Assembly: GCA_951406725.2 (NCBI GenBank)
Contig: OX597830.1
Coordinates: forward strand, 26,226,001-26,290,000
DNA from: Octopus vulgaris
Lineage: Eukaryota
Length of the DNA: 64,000 nt
Reading direction: 5' to 3'
Shown: positions 30,981-47,681 of the stretch, piece after piece
Position numbering within the stretch: the stretch's first letter is position 1
How the letters are laid out: every line of letters begins with the position of its first letter
Made by a program: the position numbers and the translations under genes
Notes under the pieces: generated by a model
Seen by the model: only the letters and a program-made list of their open reading frames with translations
Told to the model about the DNA's origin: nothing
Database searches by the model: none

Positions 30981-33069
30981 AATAATATATAATAACAATT
31001 TAGCAATATTATGAAAAGAAAATTGTAAATTTAATTGCCCAAAATGGTTTCAATTGTTCAAATGAAGCAAGCAAATGCCTTTTCCCAGCGGTCATTTATC
31101 AAAGTTTCTTCAGAGTTGAGTTATGCAGCTATTTCGAACCTTTTATCCATTGTCATCCATCTGATAATGGAGGGAAAACTGTTCTAGTTCCTTGGTATAC
31201 TAAAAATAATACACAAATGTGTCTCAAAATATACGCCTACCGCCTCGAGAAGTGGTAAAACATTATGGATAATGAAGTCTATGGCACATTTTATCAGAAA
31301 TATACAAAAGCGAAAGCGAGTGAGAGAGAAAGAGAAAGATCGAATAGTTGTATCTTGAATATGTCTGAATATTTCAGCTCAATCAGGGCTGACCTAAGAT
31401 TAAGAAACTACAGGAAAAAAAACGTATAACAACGACATCAATAACATTTTGTAAAATTTATCAATAAAGCTTTTACACTTATTTTCCATATGACGAGATA
31501 CTAGAGAAGGCAACGAGAGTTTCTTCGGAAAAGAAAACACCTAACCTTAAACCTTTTGTGCTTTAATCACCAGGTGCAAAATATACGGTACACATTTAAA
31601 AAGCACTCCTGCGTGATTGCTCTGCAATAGCAACTTGACTTACTTACTATTATACCTTAGCAGTAGTAATGGAAGACGAGTTGGCAGAATCGCTAGAGTG
31701 TCGGAAAGAATTGCTCAGCGATATTTATTCTCGCTCTTTACGTTCTGAGTTCAAATCCTGCGCGGTCAACTTTGTCTTTCATTCATCCGATGTCGAGAAA
31801 ATGGTGTGTTAGTCTAGTACTGATACGCATCGATTGTAAATTCAGTAACATGCATGTGTTGCACCCTGCATAGCACTTGCCTAAAAATGACATTGGTTTA
31901 CTGAGTTAAGGTATGAACCATAGACTTCACGAAACTAATTTCATTGATTAGATGGAAATTACTCAGCAATCTGATTCAGATTCAGAAACATATGTAATTC
32001 TAAATTACTGTGAGAGTGCATCTATAACCTGCCGAAGATAATCATAACTGCATTCCGCTGCATTAAAAAGATCTCTGGTCTGTGTGACTGAGAAATATAT
32101 CATACCATGCAGATTTAAAACTGCTGAACAAAGACAAGAGAGTGTAGCGAAGTGTAGACACAAGAATAAATTTCTACAAAAATATTTGCAGCGGAAATGT
32201 TTGGCTATACCTAATATCGTCAAAACTGCATTGGTAATAATTATTACAGTAATGTACACCAGACTGCCACGCAGACCAAGACCTATCTACTTGAGCCGAA
32301 GAAGGTACGGACGCGATCGCTCATCCTGCTGAAAATAAAATTTTGTCGTCCTTCAAATTATATCCTTTAAATGAGGGATATACTGGATAAAGAAATTCTA
32401 GTTGCACGAGGTTTGACAAAAATGCAGGATTGTCGTAGCTGAGCGTCATTTATAGCTTTTTATTGTGGCAGTGACCAATTCCTGCTACAGGGCTTCTGAG
32501 ATTGATGAAAGGAAGGGAAGAAAGGAGGGGGTAAGTAATCCTCAAGCCGAAGGTCTGACCTGAATATTTACAATAGAGTGGACTCCACTAAACGTACCCA
32601 AGTTATCAGATCATGGTATTAAACCAGATGACGTGATAAGTCTATCGCCCAAGTAGGTCATGATAAGATTTGAACTTACAACTCAAAGGGCCCAAACAAA
32701 TACCGCAAGACATCCAGTCCAACGGTTCTTACAGTTCCGCCAAACAATTATTTTAGATTAGTATTTTTTATCGATCGTGGCGGGCTTTGAACTCAGTGCC
32801 AGAGTGTCTGAATATTTGATTCTTTAACAGCTCTACTAATTTACCTGGATAAGTCTGCTAAATCAGAACAAACTCCTTTTTTTGACCATAGATCTGCTGA
32901 ATTCGTGGTGGCTAATGCTCAACAACTACATCTGACTACCCGACCAAACTATCGGACTATATAAATTCTATGTCTAATATTTTCGCCAAGCAACTATACA
33001 TAAGTTACAAATCAATGATAAGTAAACATGCATGCAACGAAATTCGGTAGTCGTTAGTAATTAGAACTT

Positions 33070-34363
33070 TAAATGATGCACTGAAACCTCGGATTCAAAA
33101 TGAATTGAATATCATTGTGCCTTGTTTTTAATGCTTAATGTATATTATTTTGCCTGAATGAAAGAGTATTTGCAAAAGATGGTTTGTAAAATTCATTAGT
33201 GGAGGTTTCAGCTTTGAAGAAGAGGAGACCCGAACAGGTTGTCCAATTGAGTGTGATGATTAGCTCCTTTTGGCAGAACTTGAAAAATATCATGCAGTTT
33301 CAGTTGAAGAGTTGGCAATCAAGCTCCTTTCTGATTTCTTTATTTCCGACAAGGGGCTAAACATAGAGGGGACAAACAAGGACAGACAAACGGATTAAGT
33401 CAATTACATCGACCCCAGTGCGTAACTGGTACTTAATTTATCGATCCCGAAATGATGAAAGGCAAAGTCGACCTCGGCGGAATTTGTACTCAGAACGTAA
33501 CAGCAGACGAAATACCGCTACGCATTTCGCCCGGCATGCTAACGTTTCAGCCAGCTCGTCGCCAAGCTTCTTTCTTGCTATACAAGTGTTCACTGCCATC
33601 TTCAAAAGCTTGGAGAGATTCCAAAACTCGGGAAATGTGTACCTCATAATTTATCTGAAACCAACCGTAAACCATATGTGGACATGTGCCCTGCTCTTCG
33701 TTCTCATCTCACCATTTTGGATAGATTAGTGACCGGTGAGGAAAAATGGGTCTTTTATCAAACTGTTATGCATCGTAAGCATTCGCTTGGTGAAGGGGAA
33801 AAGGTCCACTATAACCGGAAAGGAAACTCCATGCGAAGAAGGTTCTCCTCTCTGTTTGGTGGGATTGCAAAAGGGTCATCCACTTTGCTACAATCTAAAG
33901 CAACAATCAATGCTCAAGTCTACTGTCAGCAATCAAAGCGTTTGAAGGTTGCTTTGCAGAAAACAAAGGGAGTGGTGTTTCATTAGGACAGTGCAAGACC
34001 CCACCTCGCAAAGTTCACGTCACAAAAGATCGAAGAAGTTGTTTGGGAGAAATTTGCTCATCCGCCTTATTTCCAAGACCTTGCTCCTTCAGATTACCAT
34101 TTGTTTCGTAGTTTACTGAATCATTTGGTTGGATTATCTATTGAAAACACTGAGGAAGTCGAAACTAATATTTGATAGTTTTCTTCTAAAGAGAAATAGT
34201 TTTTCATTAATGGGATTAAAAAGCTAAACAGCTTACGAATATATGAGAAGAAGTCAAAGATAACCTTGGAAACCATATTGATGATTAAGTTTTATTAAAA
34301 TGTTAGATTTGATAATCACTTGTCCTTATTTAAAATCCGGACATTATTCATCTGATGACCTGA
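33070..34363 (+). pseudogene. Decayed mariner (DD34D) transposase, interrupted by a SINE
   Basis: LDRLVTGEEKWVFY, H*DSARPH and HPPYFQDLAPSDYHLFRSL motifs; TIR-like end CGGACATTATTCATCTGATGACCTGATA; left boundary approximate. Confidence 0.85.
33330..33565 (-). mobile_element. SINE inserted into the mariner relic
   Basis: Reverse complement of the 22523 family. Confidence 0.85.
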
Positions 34364-34396
34364 TATGCATGTGTGTATATATATGTATCTTTAGGT

Positions 34397-35905
34397 ATAC
34401 AATAGTGGCCAAATTTAGAGAACGAAAAAAAAAAAGGATATTTACGTTTCTGCTTCTTTTACTCGAATAGGATTTTTACTGTATGTGCTTTAAAGCTAGT
34501 TCATTAATTGCAATAAATTTTGTAGGAAGTGATTAATAATTAAATAATTTATAATAGAAGAAAATGTTAACTTGAAAAATACATGATGGATAAAATTAGA
34601 GAACGTATGACATAAAATTCAAGAAATCAAAATTTTGCCAGAGATTTTACAATTCACATCAATAATAATAAGTTGTGTACATTCCTTTATTTTTAATGAT
34701 TCAGCACGTCTCCGTCCACAGGATTTGACCAATTTCTCACATTGTTCTGATGAAATCTTATTCCATTCATCCTGGCGTTTTTCCCACAAAATTGTAACAT
34801 TTGCAGGCCAGTGCTCTCTAATCTTAGCTTCCATATGTTTTCAATGGGATTAGAGTCAGGACTTCGAGCTGGCCAGCACATCACATTAATGTTTTAAGCT
34901 TCAAATACCTCCTTAACTATTTTAGCACTGTGACATGGCGCATTAACCTGAATAAAGATTGGCTGATGAGTTGGAGATGACCTCATAGCTGGCACATGCT
35001 GTAGTACGATGCTTTTGAATATGGCTGCATTCACGTTACCATGGATCTGGATCAAAGGCCCAACACCTGCTGCAGAATTCTTTCCCAACACCATAAAACC
35101 CTCACCTCCCAGGCTTCACTGATTTTTTTCATGCATTTAAGGAGTAATCTTTCACTTGTACGACGTCTCTCGTATTGTCTAGCATCAGAGCTAACTAAAT
35201 TGAACTTGCTTTCATCACATTGTTGTCCATTGAAAGTAGATGCTCATTAGCAAAGACTAACCTCGCTTCTTCGTACTGACGAGAAGCTTAGTGGCGGGAC
35301 AATGGGCATCAAGCCCAACTTCCTTCAAACGACAAGTCACAGTCTTCCGAGACACATTCATTCCGTAATCACGAATTATTTGGCGAGAAATTCCTGCAGC
35401 AGTATCGAAACCGTCTCTTAAAGAGAGCCTCTGGATCACACAGTTTTGCCAAATAATTGTTTACCGTGGACTCCCTCATTTTTCTAATGATACAAACAAG
35501 CTTGTTTCTTCATAAACCTTAAGTATTCCTGAAACAACACTCTTTGATATGTTGATGGTGATAGCAGAAATTGCTACTCTTTCTTTTTTCAATGGGACCG
35601 TTTGCTTCTTAAGGCCTCCATCAACTTTACGTTCGCTTTCTATGGTTGCTAATTCACCACTTTTCAACATAAATCTTCTTACTGTTAGGTCAACTTAGTT
35701 TACATCAGTTAGAGTGTTGCCAGATTTTACTTTTTGAATTTTACGCCATACATTTTCTAATTTTTTTCTATCTTGTGATTTTCAAATAAACATTTTCTCT
35801 ATGATAAATTCTTTAGTTATTAATCATTTCCTACAAAATTTATTGTTATTCAGCAAAAATCCCATTTGCAGAAGTAAAATAGAAATGTAAATGTCTTTAA
35901 ATTTT
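34397..35905 (-). pseudogene. Decayed Tc1-like (DD34E) transposon with long inverted repeats
   Basis: WPARSPDSNPIEN, NAPCH, VSRKTVTCRLKEVGL and C-terminal W..IS.EQC.KLVKS motifs over several frames; inverted match 34510-34535 vs 35820-35848; AAATT(T)AGAGAACG repeated at ~34411 and ~34593. Confidence 0.82.
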
Positions 35906-35917
35906 ATTTTTATGTGA

Positions 35918-35948
<31 letters not shown>

Positions 35949-35978
35949 TGTATGTATGTATGTATGTATGTATGTATG

Positions 35979-36009
<31 letters not shown>

Positions 36010-36875
36010 GTTTGTATCTAGGTAAGTATGTGATAGTAATATTCCAGGGAACTAAAACAGAGAATTTGGGTTATCTTGCATATCTTCACTGTGTTTCTAA
36101 TTGAAAATATTTTCGATATCCGGGTTTATTTACAATACACTTCTCGGAAAAACCCAACATTTTAAAGCGTTATTTATATCAGTACTTAGTTTGTTTAGGG
36201 TACATGTGATAATAACTGCAAAGAACTATCTATAACAGGTATATAAAAATGTAATTAGTTTCGCTCTATCTCACAATGTATGTGTACATGTACACACACA
36301 CACGCGCACACACACACACACACACACACATCTACCCACACATACATATATTCACGCACATATATATATACATTACACAAATACATAACTAATTCTATCA
36401 CACACGCATATACACACATGTACGTGTACACAAACATACACAAACACACACACACACACAACGCTGATATTTAGATGCATTCGTACATATAGACATACAT
36501 ACATTCATATATACACCTACAAATTGTTTTCAGCGATGTGTATTTTAGTTGTTCATACAATCACTTGGCTAAAGTAAATGGTTGATTATTCAACAGTCAC
36601 TTGTACTTTTAATAAAAACCACTCTGCAGTGTTTCTGTATGTGGTACAGCTTATATTATGGGCTCCGACACAGTTTCCGTTGACCAGTTTTCAATCACCA
36701 AAGATATGATTAAATCTGGCCCGGAGATATGCTAAAATAAAAACAAACAAAATGCCTCAAGGCACCAAAGAGTAGGGTCAAACCTGAAGCTTCCTGATTT
36801 CGAAGCAAATATTTTAACCAGTCGGCTACGCCTACACAAATACACTTCATATCGACCAAAGCGTACGTACGTCGC

Positions 36876-36912
<37 letters not shown>

Positions 36913-36919
36913 ATATATG

Positions 36920-37012
<93 letters not shown>

Positions 37013-37023
37013 CCAATGTATAC

Positions 37024-37811
<788 letters not shown>

Positions 37812-38107
37812 TTACAAAGATCACGCACGCGTACACACATCTTCTCACTCCTTCACACACACTGTATATGTATATATGTATATGTATATATGGGCATATA
37901 TATATATATAAATATATATACACACACACATGCCTACAGATATTACACACGCACACAAATACATGATCTCTCTCATACACAAAAACATACATAGACACTT
38001 CACAAACCCGTATATAAATTTTCTCCCTGCTCCCCCACTCTCTCTCTCTCTCACTCTCGTATATTAATATATGCTCTTGAAAGGCTACGTCAGTTTCTTA
38101 AAAGTAT

Positions 38108-40021
38108 TTAATCTGCCCCTTTAGAAAAAAAATGTCCATGTAAATTTACGCTTCGACATTTAGGCAAGGAGTATTTCGAAGTCGGTATGTCTGTAAATGA
38201 TTCGTTTACTACCAGAGCCATTCCTTCCGAAGTATGAAATGCCATGTGGCAATGCATAAACCATAAGCCAGGATTATTGGCTTTCAGTCTGACAACAACG
38301 TAACCACCTGAGGGTAATGTTACAGTATCCTTTAAGGGAGGGTTTACTAAATTCAATCCGGGTATATTGTCTCCTTTCCATGTCTTATTTCGCCAGACTG
38401 GATTATTACAATACCCCGTGTCACCGTAACACATGATATCCTTATTAATTGAAATTAATTTTCCTGTTGTTTTGTTATAGGTAGGAAAACCCATTTTCAC
38501 CACATGAAAAGAATGGCCGTGTAAATGTATAGGGTGAGAAACTCCATAAAGTCTGCCTATATTTGATAAAACTAGTTGAACATTATTACCGTTTGATAAC
38601 GTTATTGAATGCGTGCATGAGCAAGTTTTTCCAGAACCACATTCAGTTTCTTTGCACAATGTTTTTACTTCATTTGGTTGGAGCAATGGGTTGACATTAG
38701 GATAAAGAAAACTTCGTCCATTCACGGAAGCTCTACCATGAGGAAAAGCGAAATTAAGAAAATATTCTTCCCAATGGTGCTCTTCATACTTTGGTACATT
38801 TTGAACTTTAGGCGAACGGAGACCAGAAATGGAATGGCATCTTTTATTATATTTTACTGGAAAATACATAAATGGACAGTTGAGGACATCACAGACTGTA
38901 CGACTACAGTTTTTGCTTCTGCTGGTCGGATCTGCATCTGAGGCTCCTTCGTATGATAATATGGCTTCGAATGTTTGATTTAGATTCTCTGTTAACGTTT
39001 TACCTCGAATCCAATAATTTTTTATGTCTTTGTTAGTTGTTATGAAGAAATCATATCGTTCTCCTGGCTGTATGATGACAGAATCGTAAAAAGATCCTTT
39101 CAAATCTGCTCCATCAGACGCTACAATCTGAAGAGGATGGGAATCAATTGAAAATTCAAAAGGCAATTCACTGGCCGCGGAAATAACTCGGAATCGATAC
39201 ATTCGATCTTGTTGAACGTTAAATCTTGATAACGGTGCCCCATTGTGATGTCCTCGTTTGTCATAATATCGTCCTCTGCCGTTTACTAATCCAGATGTAT
39301 ACAGAAATTGCCCTAAATACGTTCCATCATATGTTTTTAAATCGGGCGTTTTTTCCCCATGTAATGCACTGGAATAGAATGTTTTCAGCCATGCTTTATT
39401 CGCATTCCAAAAGTGATTGTATTCACTAATTATTAAAACCTTCTCCTGAATAATAGGAGGTTTATCCCGTACAATAAGTGCTCCATAAAGTCCCATTATC
39501 CTTTGTAATCCGATATGAGAATGGTAGAAATATGTACCTGTCTTAGTGGCATTGAATATGTAAATGAACGACTCACTTGGTTGTATTGGACACTGGGTAA
39601 CAAAGCTAACACCATCCATAAATGGAGATCCTACCTGGTCAATTCCATGCCAATGTAAGCTGGTAGCAGTGGACCACAATTCATTTGTGACTTTTATGAT
39701 GACAGTCTGGTTGATGAAAACTTCAATGGTAGGGCCTGGGATAGTTTCATTTACAGTGATTGCTAACCATTGGTCATCATAACCATCCATGGTTAATACA
39801 TCATCAGCATCGATGTAATGTTTGCCTTTGTGGAAATAATACAGTTTGCCGTCGATAATTTCGACTGAATGGCCATGATAGGTCATCGGTAGTTTGTGAG
39901 TAACGGTTAAACTAAACTCACATACTGTGTCTTCGTAGCGGCAGGAATTACGTCTTGCTAAGGTAACATAACTCGGGTTAACAAGCAGCAGTACCAGTAC
40001 CAACAGGAAAAATGCAGACAT
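38108..40021 (-). CDS. Secreted laccase-like multicopper oxidase, paralog B (637 aa, single coding exon)
   Basis: Same signal peptide and copper motifs as paralog A; ~22 substitutions and a 2-aa indel relative to A. Confidence 0.96.
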   Translation of the reverse strand: MSAFFLLVLVLLLVNPSYVTLARRNSCRYEDTVCEFSLTVTHKLPMTYHGHSVEIIDGKLYYFHKGKHYIDADDVLTMDGYDDQWLAITVNETIPGPTIEVFINQTVIIKVTNELWSTATSLHWHGIDQVGSPFMDGVSFVTQCPIQPSESFIYIFNATKTGTYFYHSHIGLQRIMGLYGALIVRDKPPIIQEKVLIISEYNHFWNANKAWLKTFYSSALHGEKTPDLKTYDGTYLGQFLYTSGLVNGRGRYYDKRGHHNGAPLSRFNVQQDRMYRFRVISAASELPFEFSIDSHPLQIVASDGADLKGSFYDSVIIQPGERYDFFITTNKDIKNYWIRGKTLTENLNQTFEAILSYEGASDADPTSRSKNCSRTVCDVLNCPFMYFPVKYNKRCHSISGLRSPKVQNVPKYEEHHWEEYFLNFAFPHGRASVNGRSFLYPNVNPLLQPNEVKTLCKETECGSGKTCSCTHSITLSNGNNVQLVLSNIGRLYGVSHPIHLHGHSFHVVKMGFPTYNKTTGKLISINKDIMCYGDTGYCNNPVWRNKTWKGDNIPGLNLVNPPLKDTVTLPSGGYVVVRLKANNPGLWFMHCHMAFHTSEGMALVVNESFTDIPTSKYSLPKCRSVNLHGHFFSKGAD

Positions 40022-40913
40022 CTTTAAAGTTCGAAGCTAGAAACTGGAAGAGAAAGAAGAAATCGACATCAACAACAACAAAACAACAACAATAACAACA
40101 AAACAACAACAACAGCAATAAAACGACTAAATACTAACAACAAAAGTCTTAACTTTATACTCTTCCTTCTCTTACGATGATCATCAGGCTGTGAGAGGAC
40201 GAAATTGGTAACGTGCCGGAAAAGGAAAAAAAAACGCTTATCGACATTTCGCACGTCTTCACGTTCTGAGTTCAATTTCTGTCGAGGTCGACTTTGCTTT
40301 TCATCCCTTTCGGGGTCAATGAGATGAATACTAAGAATGATGTAATTTTCTAGTCCCCATCCCACAAAATTTCGACTTTGTACCAAAGTTAGACGAAATT
40401 ATTCTGCTGTTATATTGTATTCGTACTCTAGGTGCTTCAATTAGGCTTCCTATTAAAGCCCTTCCATGCTGTTCACGCCTATCCTTACTTCCGTGTCGAG
40501 AACCCTCTATATAATTCTAAGTGATCTCAACACACTAGTTTCTTGCACTACAGCCACTCCCTTATTGAGATCTATTTTCTCATAGTTTACTTTCAGTTTC
40601 TTCGTCACTATATTCACAACTGATACTTATCTTTTGACCTTATCGTTTAACCCTGAAAACTTCTGTAATCCAGTATTTGAGAATTTGGTAGTCCAAGTGT
40701 GTATTACTATTCTACTTATACAATTTCCTTTATTTAGTATTAAGTGAACATGCCACGTCAAATACGAGACACCGTCTACACCTTCTTATCAACGACTACA
40801 ATATCCTGCTTCTTGTTCCCGACTTCCTTATTGCTTTCTAAGAACTTTCATATATGTACCAACAAAAAGGTTTTAACCTCCTCCTCGTCATTCTTCTTCT
40901 TCTTCTTCTTCTC

Positions 40914-41088
<175 letters not shown>

Positions 41089-41616
41089 TCTGGGTCTATA
41101 GAATAAAGTACCAGTCAAATATTGGGGTCAGTATTATTAACAAAACCTTCCCCTAAAAACTGAAGTCCTTATGCTTAAACCAGATGTCGACCGAGTCTGT
41201 AGTGATGATCACACCGCTGTCCTCCTTCAATCGGGCAGGCAAGGCAGTTTTTCTTTGCCTGGTGGGTGTGGCGAAAGAGCTTATTTGGTGGACAAGGCTG
41301 AAATGCACGCGGACAGATACATTCCTCTCATTGACTTCTTCAGGTTTCACTTGAAAAGGAAATTGAGAGTGGAGATGCAAGTACTGTCCTCAAGTGAGTT
41401 TACTGAAAGGTGGTTAAAAGTTGCAAAAATGGCAAGGGTGTATGGTACGTCTCTAAGTGCAGACCTGTGAATCCATCGAGATCGACCTTACCGTTTATCC
41501 TTTCGGGGCCGATAAATTAGGTAGCAGATGCGTACTGGAGTCGATCTAATCGACTGGACCCCAGCCCAAAAATTTAGGGCCTTATTCCTAAAGCAGAAAT
41601 GATTGTTATTATTTTT

Positions 41617-43664
41617 TTTTTCTTCTTTCAAATCTGCTTCCATTTCTTGCCGAGTGTCTTCCCGACTCCTAGGGCAATAAAACTCATAGTATACATTGAT
41701 AGGCCATTAAACTAAACTCAATAGTTCGTTCATTTTTTTTTTAAGTTAAAATTAAAATACATGGGTAGTAATAGTCGTCACATCGACAATGCTCTTCTCA
41801 ATACGTGTGATGTACCAGTTAAGACAATCTTTTGCACTTCTTGCAGGGATGGTAAGCCAGGGATCATTCTCATATAATTTTCTGTTCCCTTCTTGATCAT
41901 TCCTAGTGCTCCTACGATCACTGGTATTGTAACCGCCTTGAGATGCCACATTTTCTCAATTTCAATGAGCAGGTCTTTATATTTTCTGAGCTTGTCAAAT
42001 TCTTTCGCCGAGATATTATGATCACAGGGGATGCTCATGTCGATCAATAAGCAAACTTTATAGTTTTGGTCTTTCACAGCAATATCTGGTTTATTGACTT
42101 TGATGGTTCGGTCTGTATGTACTGGAAAGTCCCACAAAATCGTTACATTTTCTCCTTCAGTTACAGCTTCAGGGTGGTGATTATACCACTTGTCGGCAGT
42201 TCTGATATTGTAATGCCGACTTATTAGCCAGTGTATATATAGGCCAACTCTGTCATGTCTTAATTTATACTCCACTGGTGCTAAGACTTTACATCCAGAG
42301 ATTAGGTGATCCACTGTTTCAATCATGTCGTTGCAGAATCGGCATTTTGGGCCTGCTCCATTTTTCATGACATTGGCCTGGTAGTTCCGGGTTAATAGGC
42401 TTTGATCTTGAGCAGCCAGGATGAAACCTTCGCTCTCTGCTTTTAGCCCTGAGCTCCGTAGCCACTGATGGGTTTGCTTCTGGTCAACATCAGCTTGTTT
42501 GCTGCGGGCCACATATTTGCCGTGCAGAGGTTTCTCCTCCCACCTATCAGCCAATTGCTCGTGCGCTTTTTCGTTGCCATTATTTTCACCTTCTTTGCAA
42601 CAATAGTTGTCGTACTTCCCTCGGGTTGTTCAGTTTGGGTATCCTGCACGAGATCAATAGCAAATTTTTTGCTTTGCTTTATGATAGAATGAAGCTTCTT
42701 TCGTCTCTCGTGATTTTCCACGAGCTTTAGTATCCAGTCATTCGTTATTTCAAGATATTTGGCCAGTCCAATTGTGGTTGTTTTGTAAGCTAGTTCAAAT
42801 TGGATGAGGCCTCGACCTCCTTGGGCTCTGCCTTTGGGTGGTCTGCCTTTGGATGGTGCATCCTATTACAACTCAGCAGCTTTCGTATTTTCCTATCTAT
42901 ATTCTTTACTTCACTCATATTCCAGTTCAACACATTGTAGCTATAAGTAACAACTGGAACTGCTAAGGAATTTATAGCTAACACCTTGTTACGTGCACTT
43001 AGTTCAGATTTCAGGAATGCACGAACTCTCCTATAACATTCCTTCCTGATCTTCTCTTTCATGCTTGCATGCTGAATACCAGAGCCTTCATTTATCCCTA
43101 AATATTTGTATGTTTGTTCTTGCTCAAGCTCTCGTATGACTGTGTCAACATCTAACACGACTGAATTTGTGGTCTTCACTTTCCCTTTGTGGAAAGTGGC
43201 CTTGGCACACTTCTCAAGCCCAAACTCCATCCCGATGTCATCGCTGAATGCTTTCACAGTGTGCAATAGGCCTTCAAGTTCATTATCGTCTTTACCATAG
43301 AGTTTTAAGTCATCCATATAAAATAGATGGCTTATTTTTTTATTGGCAATTTTATACCCATACCCTGTTCTGTTTATTTCACTTCTAAGGGGTATTAGGG
43401 CTATGCAGAATATTAAAGGTGAAAGTGAGTCACCTTGGAAAATTCCACAGTTGATGTTTATATTTTCTGAGGCAAGTACTCCATTAGAGTGGTATAATTG
43501 GAGATTCGTATTCCACAACGACATATTGTGCTTCAGGAAGTTTGAAATCACAGGGGAAATTTTGAAGATGTCCAGCGATCTCAAGATCCATGGATGCGGT
43601 ATACTGTCGAAGGCCTTTTTATAGTCAATCCATGCGGAGTTGAGATTTCTGCGCTTGTTGTGAC
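41617..43664 (-). mobile_element. 5'-truncated R4/Dong-like retrotransposon, family 2 (frameshifted)
   Basis: GIFQGDSLSP, FYMDD, YKYLG, CRFC..ETVDHLISGC, RHD, KPD..D; site is an empty (TTA)n tract in copy A (6712-6790). Confidence 0.9.
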
Positions 43665-43679
43665 ATTATTATTATTATT

Positions 43680-44555
43680 ATTCTGTTTGACTTTTGCTTT
43701 ATATTTGTACAAGTTGGCTCCAAGTCTCACCCAGAGACCTCAAGAGACAACAGGGTTGGAAGTTCATGTTGTTATGTTGTTGTGAAGTTCCAGAGGAGTG
43801 AGATGTGGTCATTTTCAAGCAATGGGAGTGGTTTGTGTTCCCACCAGTTTTTTTCATGGGGCAAATCCAGGTTTTTACAGATTACCCAGTGAATATATTG
43901 TGCAGCTCTATCGTGCCTGTTGAGATACTCTGTAGGCGCTAGAAGACTGCACTTGGAGACCACATGGTCAATGGTTTCATTTTGATGCTTGCATACACGA
44001 CACGTTGGACTGCTTCTGATCTTTAATATGTTGGCGTGGTAGTTTCTTGTTGGTAGGCATTGATCTTGAGCTGCTATGATAAACCCCTCTGTTTCAGATT
44101 TTAAGCCATAGGCCATTAGCCATTGATGGGTCAGGGCTTTGTCAACATCTGCATTATTTGCTCTCTTTGGGTATTTGCCATAGAGAGGTTTTTCTTTCCA
44201 TTTATCATTCAGAATATCTAAGGCCGCAGTTTTAGCACGGGTTTTCATGCGCTTAGCTTTTTCTGTGCCTGTTTCTTGTATGTCTATCTCTAATTCCGAA
44301 ATTTGTTGTATTCGGAATTCACTTAGATATTCCTTTGCCTGTTTTGTTACTGAGTATGATGCTTTCTTGTTTTCATGTTTTGAGACAAGTTTTAACATCC
44401 AGTCCTCAGAGTTTTTCAGGTAGGTGTCTAGGCCAATTGTAGCAATCTTCATTGTTATTGCCAGTTGTAAAAGTCCACGGCCTCCCTCTTTTCTTGGCAG
44501 ATAAAGTCGTTCTGTATCTGCCTTAGGGTGGTGCATTCTATGCATTGTCAACAGT
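43680..44555 (-). mobile_element. 5'-truncated, internally deleted young family 1 copy
   Basis: Near-identical to 29033-29802 fused at ~43775-43785 to the last ~90 bp of the 3' UTR; flanked by (TTA)n. Confidence 0.9.
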
Positions 44556-44569
44556 TATTATTATTATTA

Positions 44570-44615
<46 letters not shown>

Positions 44616-45562
44616 GGTGGCCAGCTGGCAGCATTTCTTTAAAAATATTCAAATGCAAATGGATCTTTTATAATAGCTTCTGATTTAGGCACAAGGTCAG
44701 CAATTTTGAGAGGTGGGGCAGCAGTCGATATTATCGACTCTTGTACTTGATTGATAATTTATTTTGTCGCCTACGGAGAGATGAAAAGCAAAGTTAACTT
44801 CGTCAGAAGTGACGGTACAGAAAAATTGCGCATGAAATGTCCGATGCCCCAACCATTCTGCCTGCTCACAGCTTTGGCGCTATAAATAGTTTCTGATTTA
44901 GGCAGAAGGCTAACAGATTTGAGTGGAGTAGATTAGTCAATACCATCGCGTCCAATACTTGATTGCTGCATTCTTAGCAATGAATTAAAATATATTGACT
45001 CTGGTAAAATATGATTGATTTCATGGGTGGAGTGAGGCTAAGTCGATTACACTTACCCTCGTGTTCAACTGGTACTTCTTTTATCGAGCCTGGGAAGATA
45101 AAAAGAAAAAACAACCTCGCGGAATTTGAACTCAGAACATAAAGACCGAAATACCGCTATTTTTTCCCGGTGTGCTAACGATTCCACCAGCTTGTCACCT
45201 TTGCATTGAAATAGATACTGGTTTCAAATATTGGCACAAGGCCAGCAAATTCGAGAAGAGAGTAAGTCAATTAAATCGACCCCGAATGTCACCCACGGCG
45301 GAATTTGATCCCAGTACGTAGAGACTGACGAAATACTGCTAAGCCTTTTGCCCATCGCGGTAACGATTCTTTTCTACTCTAGGCACAAGGCCCGAAATTT
45401 GGTGGGAGGGAGCCAGTCGATTAGATCGACCCTAGTACGCAACTGCTTCTTAATTTATAGACCCCGAAAGGATGAAAGGCAAAGTGGGCCTTGGCGACTT
45501 TGTATGTTAACGGAACCATCTCACTAACAGACTCAGTCTGTTACATACAAGTTTACAAGTAC

Positions 45563-45880
45563 AGGCGCGTGGCTTAGTGGTTAAGGTATTCGGTTCACGT
45601 TCTTAAGGCCGTGAGTTCGATTCCTGGCGGCGCATTGTGTCCTTCAGCAAGACACTTTATTTCACGTTCTTCCAATCCACTCAGTTGGCAGAAAATGAAT
45701 CGTAATTCAAATATCAGACCTTTCTTACAGTCTGTGTCACGATAAATCTTCCAGAGAACTACGTGAAGGGTATGCGTTTCTGTGGAGTGCTCAGCCACTT
45801 GCACGTTAACTTACTAGTAGGCTGTCCCTTTGATCGCATCAGTTGGGGCATTCGTCGTCGCAACTGACGGAGTACCAGTA
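45563..45880 (+). mobile_element. tRNA-derived SINE (third family)
   Basis: GGCGCGTGGCTTAGTGGTTAAGG (A box)...GAGTTCGATTCCTGG (B box) followed by a non-tRNA body. Confidence 0.75.
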
Positions 45881-45921
45881 GTATGTATATAATCATTGGA
45901 AATTTACAGACACATATATAC

Positions 45922-45975
<54 letters not shown>

Positions 45976-46382
45976 ATATGTGTATATGTATGTATATATA
46001 TATATATATATGTATATGTATATGTATGTATGCATATATGTATATATATATATATATATATATAAATTTTTCCGAATTTGTGTAAATATGTATAGAATAA
46101 AATAACAGTTCAATGAAGTTAAAACCTGGTCTGGTTCTCATGTCTTTTATTATTGTATTTAATAAAAAGTTTTTGTCAAGAACTCAACTGTCAGTTAATT
46201 GCATTTTGAAATATCATGATTACTATGAACGTATGAAAGCGCTAATTGTACTTTATGAAAATTACAAAATATTGTTTTAATGTTTAACACACTTCAACGT
46301 TGTAAAAATTTTTTTTGAAATACAATCGTAAAAAAAGGGAGAACCAGACAATGTTTTAACTTTGTTCAACTGATATCTATCG

Positions 46383-46526
<144 letters not shown>

Positions 46527-46553
46527 GTCTGTCTCTCTCTGTCTATCAATCTA

Positions 46554-46602
<49 letters not shown>

Positions 46603-46622
46603 GTCTGTCTCTCTGTCTATCA

Positions 46623-47445
<823 letters not shown>

Positions 47446-47466
47446 ATATATATATATATATATATA

Positions 47467-47551
<85 letters not shown>

Positions 47552-47594
47552 GTCTATCTATCTATCTCTATCTATCTATCTATCTATCTACCTA

Positions 47595-47681
<87 letters not shown>

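Noticed and set aside
45563-45640. tRNA gene (also 8160-8235)
   Set aside because: A/B boxes present but no convincing cloverleaf, and the sequence continues into a SINE body.
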